Assembly: GCA_001938485.1 (NCBI GenBank)
Contig: MQRK01244381.1
Coordinates: 38,689 to 102,688, forward strand
Direction: 5' to 3'
Length of the DNA stretch: 64,000 nt
Source of the DNA: Girardia tigrina
Taxonomy: Eukaryota
Position 1 is the first letter of the stretch. Every line of letters starts with the position of its first letter. The translations under genes and the position numbers were made by a program. Below the pieces are notes generated by a model. It did no database searches, was not told where the DNA came from, and saw nothing but the letters and a program-made list of their open reading frames with translations. Below are positions 1 through 11,400 of this stretch, one piece after another.

Positions 1-259
1 TGAGCAACAGACCCCAAAGAGAAAGACGAAAACCGAAATATTTGAACGAGTATGTGGTAGATATAGATTCTTGTGATGAAGAATCTGGGGGGAGTGTTAC
101 ATGTTAAATTTATTTCTTACAATGAAATATTTAACATGAAAAAATATAGATAATTATTTGTTTAAATAATATCTATTTTGAAAGTATAGTTAGTTTAAAA
201 TAAATTTTAATAGATTTGTGATTCGTTGTTACACCTTAATAATATCATCAAGCGTTACA
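1..259 (+). mobile_element. Ty3/Gypsy LTR retrotransposon 3' end (integrase tail, polypurine tract, start of 3' LTR)
   Basis: RPQRERRKPKYLNEYV integrase-tail motif, then PPT ...GGGGGGAG immediately followed by TGTTAC at 95; LTR end approximate. Confidence 0.6.
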
Positions 260-359
260 AACTAGAACCACATAAATTCAGATCACTCTTAAGTTCATAT
301 AATACAGATTTTTATGCACGATGAATGATTAAAGTACGTATTTGTTCATGAAAAAGTTA

Positions 360-568
360 CCATATTTCCTCGAATAAACGGCGCACCGTTTATTAAAATG
401 TAAGGTTTTTGGGTTCAATTTTTTATTCTATTTTATTTTAAATTGAGATCAAATGTATTTCTAAAAAAATGGAATTTACCTACAAATCAAGACGCAGACA
501 TAGACAATGATGAATGTGGTAAAATGAAAGAGAATTAATTGGGGCGCCGTTTAATTCAGGAAATGCGG
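360..568. mobile_element. TA-flanked MITE (Tc1/mariner-pogo type)
   Basis: Imperfect TIRs CCATATTTCCTCGAATAAACGGCGC / GCGCCGTTTAATTCAGGAAATGCGG with TA on both sides. Confidence 0.65.
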
Positions 569-600
569 TAATTAAAAAATCAGTAAAATAATGTGAAATA

Positions 601-1101
601 TTGGGTCGAGGAATAAGTTCCCGCCGTTTTTTTAAAAATTAAATTTTTATTTTTTAACAAAAAAGTTACTACAAATTAATCACAAATATAATCTCCGCCA
701 TTGTTTACGACTTCTTCCCAACGTTCAACGAGTTTTTCAATGCCTCTTTGGTAGAAATCGCCCGGTCTTGACTCGAAGAATTCAGCCAGCCAAACTTGCA
801 GTTCTCCATCATTGTTGAACGAAACACCACACAAAGCGTTAGAAAGCGAACGGAAAAGATAAAAGTCAGATGGAGCTAAGTCAGGAGGATGCGGTAATAC
901 TTCCCAACCAAGCGTTTGAAAGGCTTCTTTTGTCATTCTGGCAATATGAGGACGTGCATTGTCGTGTTGCAAAATAACACCATGTTGTCGATCCGGATGT
1001 TTTTGTCTTATAGGGGTGTTGAGTCTATGCAGCTGTTAATTAAATTGATTAAAAATTGATTAAAAATTCAAAAAAGGGCGGGAACTTATTTTTCAACCTA
1101 A
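601..1101 (-). mobile_element. Internally deleted mariner element
   Basis: TIRs TTGGGTCGAGGAATAAGTTCCCGCC / GGCGGGAACTTATTTTTCAACCTAA, TA flanks; retains only the C-terminal transposase (QHDNARPH...DLAPSDFYLF). Confidence 0.85.
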
Positions 1102-2149
1102 TATTTAAAAAACTAAAAAATTAATATTAATTTTGATAAGAAAAAAGAGTTGAAAAATAATTATTAAAAATATTGATTAACTTTTTTAACATTGAAAAAT
1201 GATGTTTAAGATATTTTGTAATTTTTATTAGTCCAATAATGGATAACCTAAAGCAAATGAGAAACATTTTTAAAATTAAATAAACTTTTATTCACATTTT
1301 ATCTCATTCCTAATAGTTATTGTCTCGTTTTAATTCTAATTCTTGTAGAAAAATGAGAAAGTTTTTAATGTTCTTTAAATCAATTTCTGTTTAATAAAAC
1401 AAGAAAATGATTTAATTTATCAAAAAATATTATTTTTTTCAAGTAATGTTCTGGTGCAAATAATGTTACAATCTAGTTCTGTATCACTAAAAATCAGAAA
1501 AAAATAATTTATATTATTAAAAATTGTTAAAAAATAAATTTCTAAATAAAGTTTTATTATTATTTTATTCACATAAGAAGTTTCAAGATCCTTAATGGTT
1601 GAAGAGTTACGGTAAACGTGATTCATTATTGTGCAACACACAAGTTTGTAAGATTCTTAAACTTTTACAAAAAAATATTTAAAATTATTATTTTTTTACA
1701 TATTTATTGGAATTATTTATTGGAGTTGGCGCAGTTGCAGCGGAGAAACTTTGGAGGGGGAATGACTAATTTTATCTGACTGTTCAATCTCCATGCACAA
1801 TCTGTGAACAAACACACCTGTTTGACTACATCTCACCACCCACCAATCATTATTGCACAGATTTTAACTCCGTGTTCATTGAACAACCAATTGAGGCTGG
1901 TCTCAACCCAAACGTCAGTAAAATGAAAATATTTCAATTCCGAACCCAGAGTTCGATACCACAGAGAAACGACTATGTTAGATGATCTATTGTTGGTAAT
2001 TATCAATTAATTCTTTGACTTATTTTTCAAAGTTGTTCAATGAAGAACTATAGTTGAAGTTGCCTTTTAAATAATCAGACTTCGAACATTTGGAGTTAAA
2101 AAGGTTAATAAAAACATTATTTGGATTTCTGTGATAGCATGCATCCATA

Positions 2150-2990
2150 AATCTTACCAAGCTTGAAATGGCTGCCCTTTAATCAGCATTGTCAAAACTC
2201 CATATTCTCCATCATTTTCTATGACATCTTTCCACTTAGAAACGAAATTTTTTATACCTTGCTTATAAAAATTCTGATATTTAGAATCAAAAAACTCTTG
2301 TAAACCGTTTTTTACACCATCCAGTAAACCATTATTTTCCACATAGATAATGTTGCATCAATCTGAATAAATGAAAATCAGATGGTGCAATGTCTGAACT
2401 ATAGGGTGGATGGGGTAGAATTTCCCACCCATACTCCTAGATTTTGCTGCGAGTGTTCTTTGCAACGTACAGCCATGTATTGTCTTGCTGCTATTCTTAT
2501 TTGCTATTACCGGAAGTTTAATAGAGATTTGTTCTTACAAACTTGCCAATTGAGCACAATAAATATCCGAGGTAATTGTTTCACCAGGTTTCAGCAGTTC
2601 AAAGTAAATAATCCCACCACACGCATAACAGAAAGTTTTTCTATGAATGTTGGATTTTGGAGTTGACGATGAAGCTTGACCACGTGATAACCATTCCCTG
2701 CATTTTTTTAGGATTATCATACATTACACACTTTTCGTCGCCATTGACTATTCTTTCAAGAAAAGGGTCATTGCTATGTCTGGAAAGCAATGAAGAGCAG
2801 ATTGCTAACCGCTTAACTTTATGTTGTTCAGTAAGTTGGTGTGGTACCCACACTTTTTTTTCCTTTTCGATATTTATAGAGAAAGCAATACCACAAATGC
2901 TCTTCCTCCACAATTTTCTTTGCCATTTCAGTATAACTTTAGATAATTTTACGGTTCTTGAAAAAATTAAAGACGAGATACTAAACAAAC
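2150..2990 (-). mobile_element. Decayed mariner transposase
   Basis: WVPHQL, IVNGDEKC, YFELLKPGET and KQGIKNFVSKW fragments with frameshifts. Confidence 0.8.
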
Positions 2991-3287
2991 AAAAATGTAT
3001 AAAACAGAAAATGTGCTTCTAAAAGTGAGTGATCTGCAGCTAGTTACATTCAGTAGACAAAAATCTGATATCCAATATGATATTACCTTAATTGTTTAAC
3101 TGACAGGACAACTATATAAATAATTCAAAGAAATCTTTATCGAACTGACAGTCCAGAAATTATAATTAACACTAAAAGAAAAACAAATCTCATGAATGAA
3201 TATTTAACAATTTAAAGATCAAAGTCGTTCGTGATAATTTTTATGTCTAATTCCTTTCATAAATACTTTTTATTTAAGTAATTTAAC

Positions 3288-3422
3288 GGTATGCCATTCG
3301 TTCATCCCAACCCATTCATCCCAAGTTCATTCATTCTGCGTTCGTTCATTCCAAACCTGTTCGACCCGCGTCTGTTCATCCCCGTTCATTCATCCCAGAT
3401 TTTTTCGTTTGTTCATCCCAAA
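3288..3422 (+). repeat. Degenerate ~15-bp tandem array with core TTCATCCC
   Basis: About 8 copies of GTTCATCCC/ATTCATCCC; may be a DNA-transposon subterminal array. Confidence 0.6.
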
Positions 3423-4733
3423 TTTATTTTAAAGGACCAGCTTTGGTAGATTTACCTTTTTTGTTTTTTTTAATTTCTTTTTTTCTTCTTTTTTTGTGTA
3501 AGATAACATATAAACATGACATTTAAATACAAAATAGTTACACACACATCCTAGAATTTAATTGAAAAAACTTATTTATCTTATAAAAGAAAGTGAAGTT
3601 TAGCAGAGTACAAAAGTAAGCAGATAAAAGTGTTGGGTATAGGGGACAGGTATTATATTTATTTAATAAAAGATCTTTATTTACTTATTCCTTTTATTCT
3701 TAATTTAGTAATTTATTAATTTAGAATTTATATTTCTTCAAAACCAAATCAAAAGACAACAATTTATCAAAATAATAATATTTTAAATCTATCACAATAC
3801 AAATAATAAAACTTCACACAAAGAAAGAAAATATATAAAAAATTATTTAAATAAGCCCCTTAACCATGTTGTATTCAATTTATTTAACCAAATAAATTTA
3901 TTTTATTCCAAATTTGATTCTATAGTAGAAAATATCGTTCCCGTTTTTCCAAAAGATATTTCCAAAGAAAAAAGTTTTATATTTAGAGAACATTGCATCG
4001 AAAGTTCGTTTTAACTTTGGCATATTTCAGCGGTTATGAAAAAAAGAAGGAGCGTTACCTTTTTTTCTTTCTGTTATCTTTATGACTCTATGTTCAGTTG
4101 ATGGATAAATTTTTTTCCTTTTTTTATGATATATTTTTATAAATAATATATCATGTTTATTTAGACTTACACATCTTCCTTCATTTAAAGAGAAAAGGAT
4201 AGAAATATAAACTGTTAGTAAAAAATAGTTTATTTGTTAAAATTTATTATGAAAACAAGATAATTTATGGTGAAATATATACCCCCCCTTTATACCTAAA
4301 TTATTTTAAAAAAATACAAAAACAGCAAAAACTGTTCTATTTACCGATTTTAATAAAAAATTCATTCTATCTTAACTAACATCATCGATATTCAGTTTGT
4401 AATTTGTTTTTAATAAATTTATATATCTAAGCTTGAAAAAGATTAATTTTTTAATCAAAATATTAAAATACTTCAATAGAATAATATTTTAATAATGATG
4501 ACGTATAAGTTTGAAAGACATGGTTATTTATTCTTAAAACTATAAAAGTCAATGATCCATTTTCATAAAAATATAATATATAAATCGAAAAATTTTATTT
4601 AAAATATTTGAATAAATAACTTATTTAAACTATATATATATATATATAGTTTTGAAAATGGATATAATTTGATAATATAATTTGATAATATATATATTGA
4701 TAATATAATTTGATTAAAGCTTTTTTATATAAT

Positions 4734-4777
4734 AATTGGACATGTTTCGATGTTTATATACATCATCATCAGCGATT
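4734..4777 (-). ncRNA. Minimal type I hammerhead ribozyme in Penelope pLTR, intact core
   Basis: Minus strand: AATCG CTGATGA T GATGT-ATATAA-ACATC GAAA CATG TC CAATT (core boxes, 5-bp stem II, palindromic stem III, GUC cleavage triplet). Confidence 0.8.
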
Positions 4778-5138
4778 TTAATACAATTTTAATAGATACA
4801 TTAATTTTAAAAGGTATTTAAGGAATTACATTTATTAAAGTGTTATTGGGTAATAATGGCAAAAATATTTTAATTAAAAATTTTAAGTATTGAAATAACC
4901 TTACTTTGTCCATTCTGAATGTTAATTGATGGGTTGTAGTGTCTTATTAGTAGAGATTCAAAAAACTGTCGTTCGTAATGTGAATCAAATCCCTTTTGTA
5001 GAACAGAAAACTCATCTTTTGAAATAGATGAGGTTCTATCTATACACCATAACCATTGATCAAGAAACTTACTCAATCGACTCATTTGCGAGTGCTCGCT
5101 AATTCGGGTTTTGAGATGACGATTTGTCTCTCCGATGT

Positions 5139-5607
5139 GGGCCTCCCATCTCTGTAATGGTATTGAGCCTAAGGCTCTTTAGAGGGTCCACCCANNNNNN
5201 NNNNNNNNNNNNNNNNNNNNNNNNNNNNNNNNNNNNNNNNNNNNNNNNNNNNNNNNNNNNNNNNNNNNNNNNNNNNNNNNNNNNNNNNNNNNNNNNNNNN
5301 NNNNNNNNNNNNNNNNNNNNNNNNNNNNNNNNNNNNNNNNNNNNNNNNNNNNNNNNNNNNNNNNNNNNNNNNNNNNNNNNNNNNNNNNNNNNNNNNNNNN
5401 NNNNGCTCTTCCTCGTTCTCTTCTTCCAAGTTTTCTTCTCTCTGGGCGTTGGATGTTGGCACTTCTTGATGATTCTTCTGAATATGAATCCTTAGGAAAC
5501 CAGCGGCCTTGTATTCCCTCGGAGAGTGTTGACATTGATATTTTCCTTTCTTCTGACGTGGCTGGGCTTTCTTCTCTCTTTGTTTTCGCGGAATTGGGCC
5601 TGCTCCA
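5139..5607 (-). mobile_element. Inserted unit A: probable 5'-truncated LINE 3' end with a degenerate C2H2 zinc finger
   Basis: Minus frame KGKYQCQHSPREYKAAGFLRIHIQKNH, then an acidic tail; bounded by 12-bp direct repeats; contains an N gap. Confidence 0.55.
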
Positions 5608-5619
5608 TCTCTCCGATGT

Positions 5620-6028
5620 GCACCTCAACTCCTTTCGAGTATTAAGCCTGAGGCTGGGACGCTGATGGTTTTCAACAGGTACTCCCCCAATGTTGGGCTA
5701 AAGCGTACCTTTGTTCCGCCTGTCCGAAGATGCAACGACGTCATTACGACACCCTTCACCGGGATTGATTCATCCCAGATCATNNNNNNNNNNNNNNNNN
5801 NNNNNNNNNNNNNNNNNNNNNNNNNNNNNNNNNNNNNNNNNNNNNNNNNNNNNNNNNNNNNNNNNNNNNNNNNNNNNNNNNNNNNNNNTACGATACATTG
5901 CCGGCTGTTTCCGCAATGAAAGGCTAGCTTTCGGGCACTTTAGCCTAGAGACGGAATCAAACCCTTCTTCTAGTTTCTCAGGGATACTACGTAGAAGTAT
6001 GCCCACTGGCCGCACAGATGATCCCTGA
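5620..6028 (-). mobile_element. Inserted unit B: structured non-coding element, possibly a tRNA-derived SINE
   Basis: A-box-like CGGCCAGTGG and B-box-like GGGTTTGATTCC 38 nt apart near its 5' end, many hairpins, 3' module shared with unit A, bounded by 12-bp direct repeats. Confidence 0.5.
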
Positions 6029-6499
6029 TCTCTCCGATGTACGAGTTTTGACACCCATGACAATCAAATTTATATACCAGATTAGCTTGCAAACCACAAA
6101 CTGTTTTTGATTTATTTGAGAGGAAATTTTGAACTTTGGATGTGACAGAGACTACTTTAAAACTACTTGTTGTTCTACAAATACTCTTCTTAAACGCTCT
6201 AAATCCTTCAGAATATAGTATTTTACTGATTTGTTTGTATTCTTCAGTTAAAGAATTTCAAATTACCTGGTTATTTGATTTTCTGATTAACCAAATATTT
6301 TTTCATCAAATAACTGGTTAGTTGAATTTTTTTGTCTTCTGATAACTTCATTACCTTTTCGTGGTATTAAATGAAAAATATATAATGAAAGAATATTATT
6401 AGCATATTTAAAGGATATTAATTAAAAAGATCATTATAAATATTTATTTACTCGTAAAAAATAATGTTTTAAAAAACAAGTCCATTTAAAGTTTCTTCA

Positions 6500-7630
6500 T
6501 TTAACTGATTTTGAATTTTTGTTTCGAAATTACCAGCGAAAGTGAATATAGACAATGTATCTGTAGAAGTCGGTTGAATAGTCATTAGTACGTTCGACAA
6601 TGTTTAACCTTTCCACTTCGCAATCCTGTAACTTCAAATTTTTTAGATTTGCTTTTAATATCTTTGAAAGGTCTTTTGGCACATATAATAACAAATTAAT
6701 CATACATTGCATATCCTTAAAAGCAGATACTTTTTCAAGAGCCTCTGGAATTCCTTGAACGTCACCATCTTCTATTTTATTTTAATGTTTTAAATAATAA
6801 ATAAAATACGCCATATTTTATTTGTCAAAGGTTTTTCTGCAATTTTCGTTGAAGTTTTGATTTAGGAATGAGAATCATTTATTTGATCTCCCGTTTTGTA
6901 AAAAATACAAAAGAGAAACTAAATTTATTTGACGCTGTTCAGTAGCATGTCTATTGCAAAGCTTCAAACATTTTTTTGAAAGAATGTTGTTTAGTTCGTT
7001 TGATTTGTTAAATAAAAGAACAAATACTCCATCAAAAATCAAGAGATTCGTATCATTTTTACTTACCTTCATTACACCGAGTAAAAATTTGAGTCAAAAT
7101 CTCTAAATTTTCTTTTTTAAATAAAACTGCACCAAGTTCTCTAAAAGCAATATTGATGCAATTAGCAATAAAAAAACATCTTATCGTAGGGATCAATGAG
7201 TTCCATCACGTTTTACAATCAAGTAATAACTTAAGTGATTTTCTCTTTGATTTATTATAAATGTTTTCAATCTTACACCAAATTTTTAAAAAAGTGACAA
7301 TTTTCAGAAATTCCTTACAAAGCTTTCCAATATCTAGGCAAATACAAATAAGACTAGATTTTTCCATTTCAAAATTTATATTTCTGACTATATAAAAATT
7401 GTTTCCATTACTTTTTTACTCTCATTGTCTTTATCATCGCTTTCATTTTTGTTATTTGAAGAAATATCATAAAATACATCTTCCTCGGTGAATTCGTTTT
7501 TCTTATAAAAAAAAATCCCAAGCAGCTAAATGGATTCCATGATTGAAACCTAAATGCTTCAATCGTTTATCCATACTTAGTCATTACTACTGCACCATCA
7601 TATGTTGATGCTACAATATTATTAAAGTAT
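6500..7630 (-). mobile_element. Decayed hAT transposase
   Basis: NIVASTYDGAVVM, NHGIHLA, LLLDCKT*WNSL and PTSTD fragments, in the expected order. Confidence 0.7.
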
Positions 7631-7829
7631 AAAAAAATGATTAATTTTTGCATAAACTAGGGAATTTTGTAATGATTTTTATAGTAATTGGTTATTGGAA
7701 AAAAGGTCAAGACTATCATTAAGCAAATGTAGCGATTATTGAATAACCAGTTAACCGGTTTGAACGGTTATGAAGAATCACTTTGCAAATTTAAGTATCG
7801 TTTAAAATTCCTAATTAATAATCCTTTCA

Positions 7830-8058
7830 TAATAAGTATCAAAGTTTAAAAGTCATTTTCATGCTTTTTATTCAAACTAAAATTTATCTGGCATTCTCTA
7901 ATATGGTCTACAACAGAGATATTAGTATGATTGGTAATTATAGTGCGAATATGATGATTTGTCACTTCAGTGTATATTGATTCACATTTGTGACATTTAT
8001 ATTGATAAATTATAAAAAAAAACAAAGCAAAAGCCTTTTCACATAAACTTTTATTCAA
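7830..8058 (-). mobile_element. Penelope-like GIY-YIG relic
   Basis: IIYQYKCHKCESIY...SVVDHIREC. Confidence 0.65.
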
Positions 8059-8250
8059 ATATACCGGCTCCGGCTACAACGATATCCTCAGTATTAAGAT
8101 AATATATAAACAAAGATTAGTCAACTATTTTAAAATATTTAATTCATTATTACAATTTTTGCATCTTCTAAAAAATTTTGAAATATTTATTTATGATTGG
8201 AAGAAATATTTTTTAAATTTACGAATGATTGATAAATATTTTTTTAATAG

Positions 8251-8494
8251 ATCCAATACAGTGGCCGAGCAATTTATTGGTCTCCTGACAATCCTCAGAG
8301 AGTTGAATTTATCTCAGAAAAAGAGCTTTCATTTTATTATATATTCAAAGAACAAATATTTAAATTTGTCCTCAAAGAATTATTTGCCAACACAAAATAT
8401 CATATTCAAATTAATCCTATTTACACCGTAAATTCCAAATTTGAATCGAATGTCACTTTATCCTCCAGCATCGATTGTGAAACAAAAATAAGCG
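8251..8494 (+). CDS. LAR-like PTP exon: fibronectin type III repeat (C-terminal half)
   Basis: Acceptor ttttaatag|, open frame IQYSGRAIYW...LKELFANTKYHIQINP...CETKIS, donor G|GTAAAT. Confidence 0.8.
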
Positions 8495-11400
8495 GTAAAT
8501 AAATTTACCTAATAAATAATAATGTTTTTCGTTTATTTAATTATTTTTTTAACGATTTATCTAACTTCACTAATTATATTTAAGCTCCTCAGCAAGTACT
8601 TTCTCCCAAAATATTCAATAAAACGGATTATTCTGTCACTCTTAGGTTAAATAGGACGGAGGAAAGATTTGGAAGAATTGACAATTATCATTTACTGATC
8701 GTTCCTTATAAATCAAAAGCTAATACGATTTTCAAGGAATATGATAAATCGTCGAACGATTTCAGTCTTATTGAGTTATCCGCTAATAAAAAGAAGAACT
8801 CAAATGTTCAACCATTTATAGCTTTCACTAAAACCACGGAAGAATTATTTGATAAAAACTCGTTTTCTGATTATACAATTGATTCCAAATTGAAAAAGGA
8901 AGATAAAAATTTATTACACGATGGAAACTTCTACCGCTCATCTCTAAGAGCTTGTACTCAAGTGAGTTATAAACATTATTTATTAATTTTATTATTTAAT
9001 ATACCAATTAGTAAAAAATTGTATTGATATTAAAAGTACTTGACAAACTTATATCTTTGATGCCTTTGATGAAAATAATACATCCATATATGAGCTCTTT
9101 AACTTATGCTATAATCACACCGATGTTTTCGAGTCTCTTAATGATTATCAACCGAACTCACATCATTCAATCTACTAGAAAATCCCTTTTCGAGTAAATT
9201 TAACTCAGGCTATTAGATTTCTTATAATAGATTTTTAATAATGCTAAATTATAAGCACACTATACAGTAGCTCTGATGGAGAACCTTTTGAGCTCGGTAT
9301 GCCAGAATTCGAAAAATCGAAGCATGATTTTCGTGGAGTGTCATACATCACAAAATTTAAGACTAAAAATTAAAAATTATGTTATATTTTTTAAGTAATT
9401 TATTTGTTTAATGCTTTTTTTCACTAACAAAACATTGTTTTGTTCAAAATTAATTAATATATTGGATTAATTCGAATTACGATTGATGAAAAAATTTACA
9501 ATTAATTAATTAAAATTCGTCATTTGGCTATTTTCAGATAAAGAACTTGGCGAAATAATAATATTATCATAACCAACTCTGGCTGTTATAAGAGACAAAC
9601 ATTCGAATAATGAAATTTCTTATCTTTAAAGATGCGTGTCACCAAAAATGAGCTCGCGTGTCATAGGTTTGCCATCACTACAGTATGTGGTAAAGTCAAT
9701 TGCATGAAATGATAGTTTATCTAGAAAATGACGTTGCCTTGCTAGAACCTGAACATCACAGTCAATGATATCATTATATGATTAGGACGATAAATCTTGT
9801 TTTTAATCAAAAGAACATATTTATTTTCTACAACAGTTCATTCAATATCCTGCAAAGATATATTGGTTGGCTGTATTGTGACAATTTTTAACTTACTGAG
9901 TTTAAATCACCTTTTACGGCGTAAGGAATGAAACATTATAAATATTTCTGCAAAATAGTGCTCCAGCTTATACTACTTTAACAAGAAGAGCTTTCCTGGA
10001 TAAGAAAATTTGAGCTGCAGCAATGGGTTTCCCGTAACTTGGATTTTACGTCATCAGACCATGATTAAGGAGGAATTGTACAACCAGATTTTTCAATTCA
10101 ACTGAAAATGTACCACATAATAAAACTGTTTATAAAGAGATTCGGAATGATAAATGTTTCGTGAAAAAAACTATTGTATATCATTGACTCATTTTTCCAT
10201 TCTTTTTATTAGCTCACTTTCTATATATATATATATATATATAAATTTGATGACAATTGACGAAGAAATTATAAATTACACTAGGGGTGGTTGCCATATA
10301 AAAGTTATGAATTAGATGTCTAAAATCGAAGACAACGTTTATTTAAAATAACACAATACATGTAATTTAGAAACCTATTTTTGAAGTCTTTCTACTCAAT
10401 CGATTTTCTTCAAAATTTGCACACTTATTCATTCTCGATGACAATAAATGATTATGTTAAAATTTGATAGTAAAAAAAACTTCTTAATATCCAAAAATGA
10501 GAAAAAAACGGAAAATTCGAAGTTCCCGAAAAATAAGTAGGTTACATTGATTTTTATTGATTTTTTAATTAAAATTTTTTAAATCTTAAATTTTTAAATT
10601 TTAAAAACTTTGTTGGCAAAGTTGAGTTTTATCTGCATAAAGAATGGATATAAAAATTTTAATTTTTGATTTACTAATTGTAACTCATCTTTTATAGGAT
10701 GTCACTCTGAACAATGTTCCAAAATTTTTAATTGATTGTATATTTTTGCAATTAGGGATATGCACTTTACTTTATAATTTTTCAATGAGTTTTTTATGAT
10801 CTTCAATATTACCAGCTCTATTCTCACAGTTTCTGGACAAGTCTTTTAAGAGGACGGCTAGTCTTTCTAATGCAATCTACATCATATTTCATACATTGTA
10901 AGAATGTCCTAAAGCAGGGGAAGTAGTTTAATAGTTAAATTATTGCATGTTATTTCTACTTTAGAACTTGTGATAAGATTCTATATTTTAATTTATTAAT
11001 TGCTCCCTAAATTATTATATACTCTCTATAACGTGTCGAAAATATTAATCAGGAATTTATCGAGAATTTTGGATTTTTATGACATTAAATAATATTAAAT
11101 TTTAAAATATTTTTTAAAAACTTAAAAGAATTTCGAAAAAACAATTGTATTTGACCAATTAATATATAATTACAGTAGATTAAATTTTTTAAAGAGAACA
11201 TTTTTGAGACTTGAAAAAATGTTCTCTTTAATCGATACTTTTTTATAATGATAATTTTTAAAAAATATAAATTTTGAGCCAAAAAGTTCTTTTTAACCGA
11301 TTTTGTTTTCGTTACGCAAGTTCTCTTTATTATTTACCAATTAAAAAAATGGACTCTAAAAGGTTCCTATATTTTTATTCCCTTGAAGATTTTGATACTA

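Larger units (their letters stand above)
4734..6330 (-). mobile_element. Penelope-like element 3' fragment (RT tail, GIY-YIG endonuclease, pLTR), interrupted at the YIG motif
   Basis: NKSKTVCGLQANLVYKFDCHGCQNSYIGE // TNRHLKTRISEH...RQFFESLLIRHYNPSINIQ; hammerhead motif downstream of the stop. Confidence 0.88.

Noticed and set aside
1420-1641. Minus-strand pieces that could splice to LKLLIDTELDCNII, resembling a retroviral aspartic protease
   Set aside because: The catalytic DTG is not intact, upstream frames have stops, and there is no supporting gag or RT; too weak to call.
4490-4530. Additional hammerhead-like strings here and at ~48595-48625
   Set aside because: Stem II and the GAAA box are too degenerate to support a call.
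5620-6028. Unit B as a group II intron (GTG start, CCGAT end), an IscB/HEARO omega-RNA, or an 18S rRNA fragment
   Set aside because: No domain V of proper length is visible, group II introns do not make 12-bp duplications, and the omega-RNA and 18S resemblances are short motifs, partly out of order.
5127-6040. Three identical 12-bp repeats with unique intervening sequence, read as a CRISPR or integron cassette array
   Set aside because: Repeats are too short and spacers too long for CRISPR, there is no cas gene or integrase, the context is eukaryotic, and the repeat is simply Penelope coding sequence.
1-8250. Upstream Ig or FN3 exons of the phosphatase
   Set aside because: I found no open frame with Ig or FN3 signatures and splice sites; the region is mostly transposon debris, so the earlier exons probably lie before the window.
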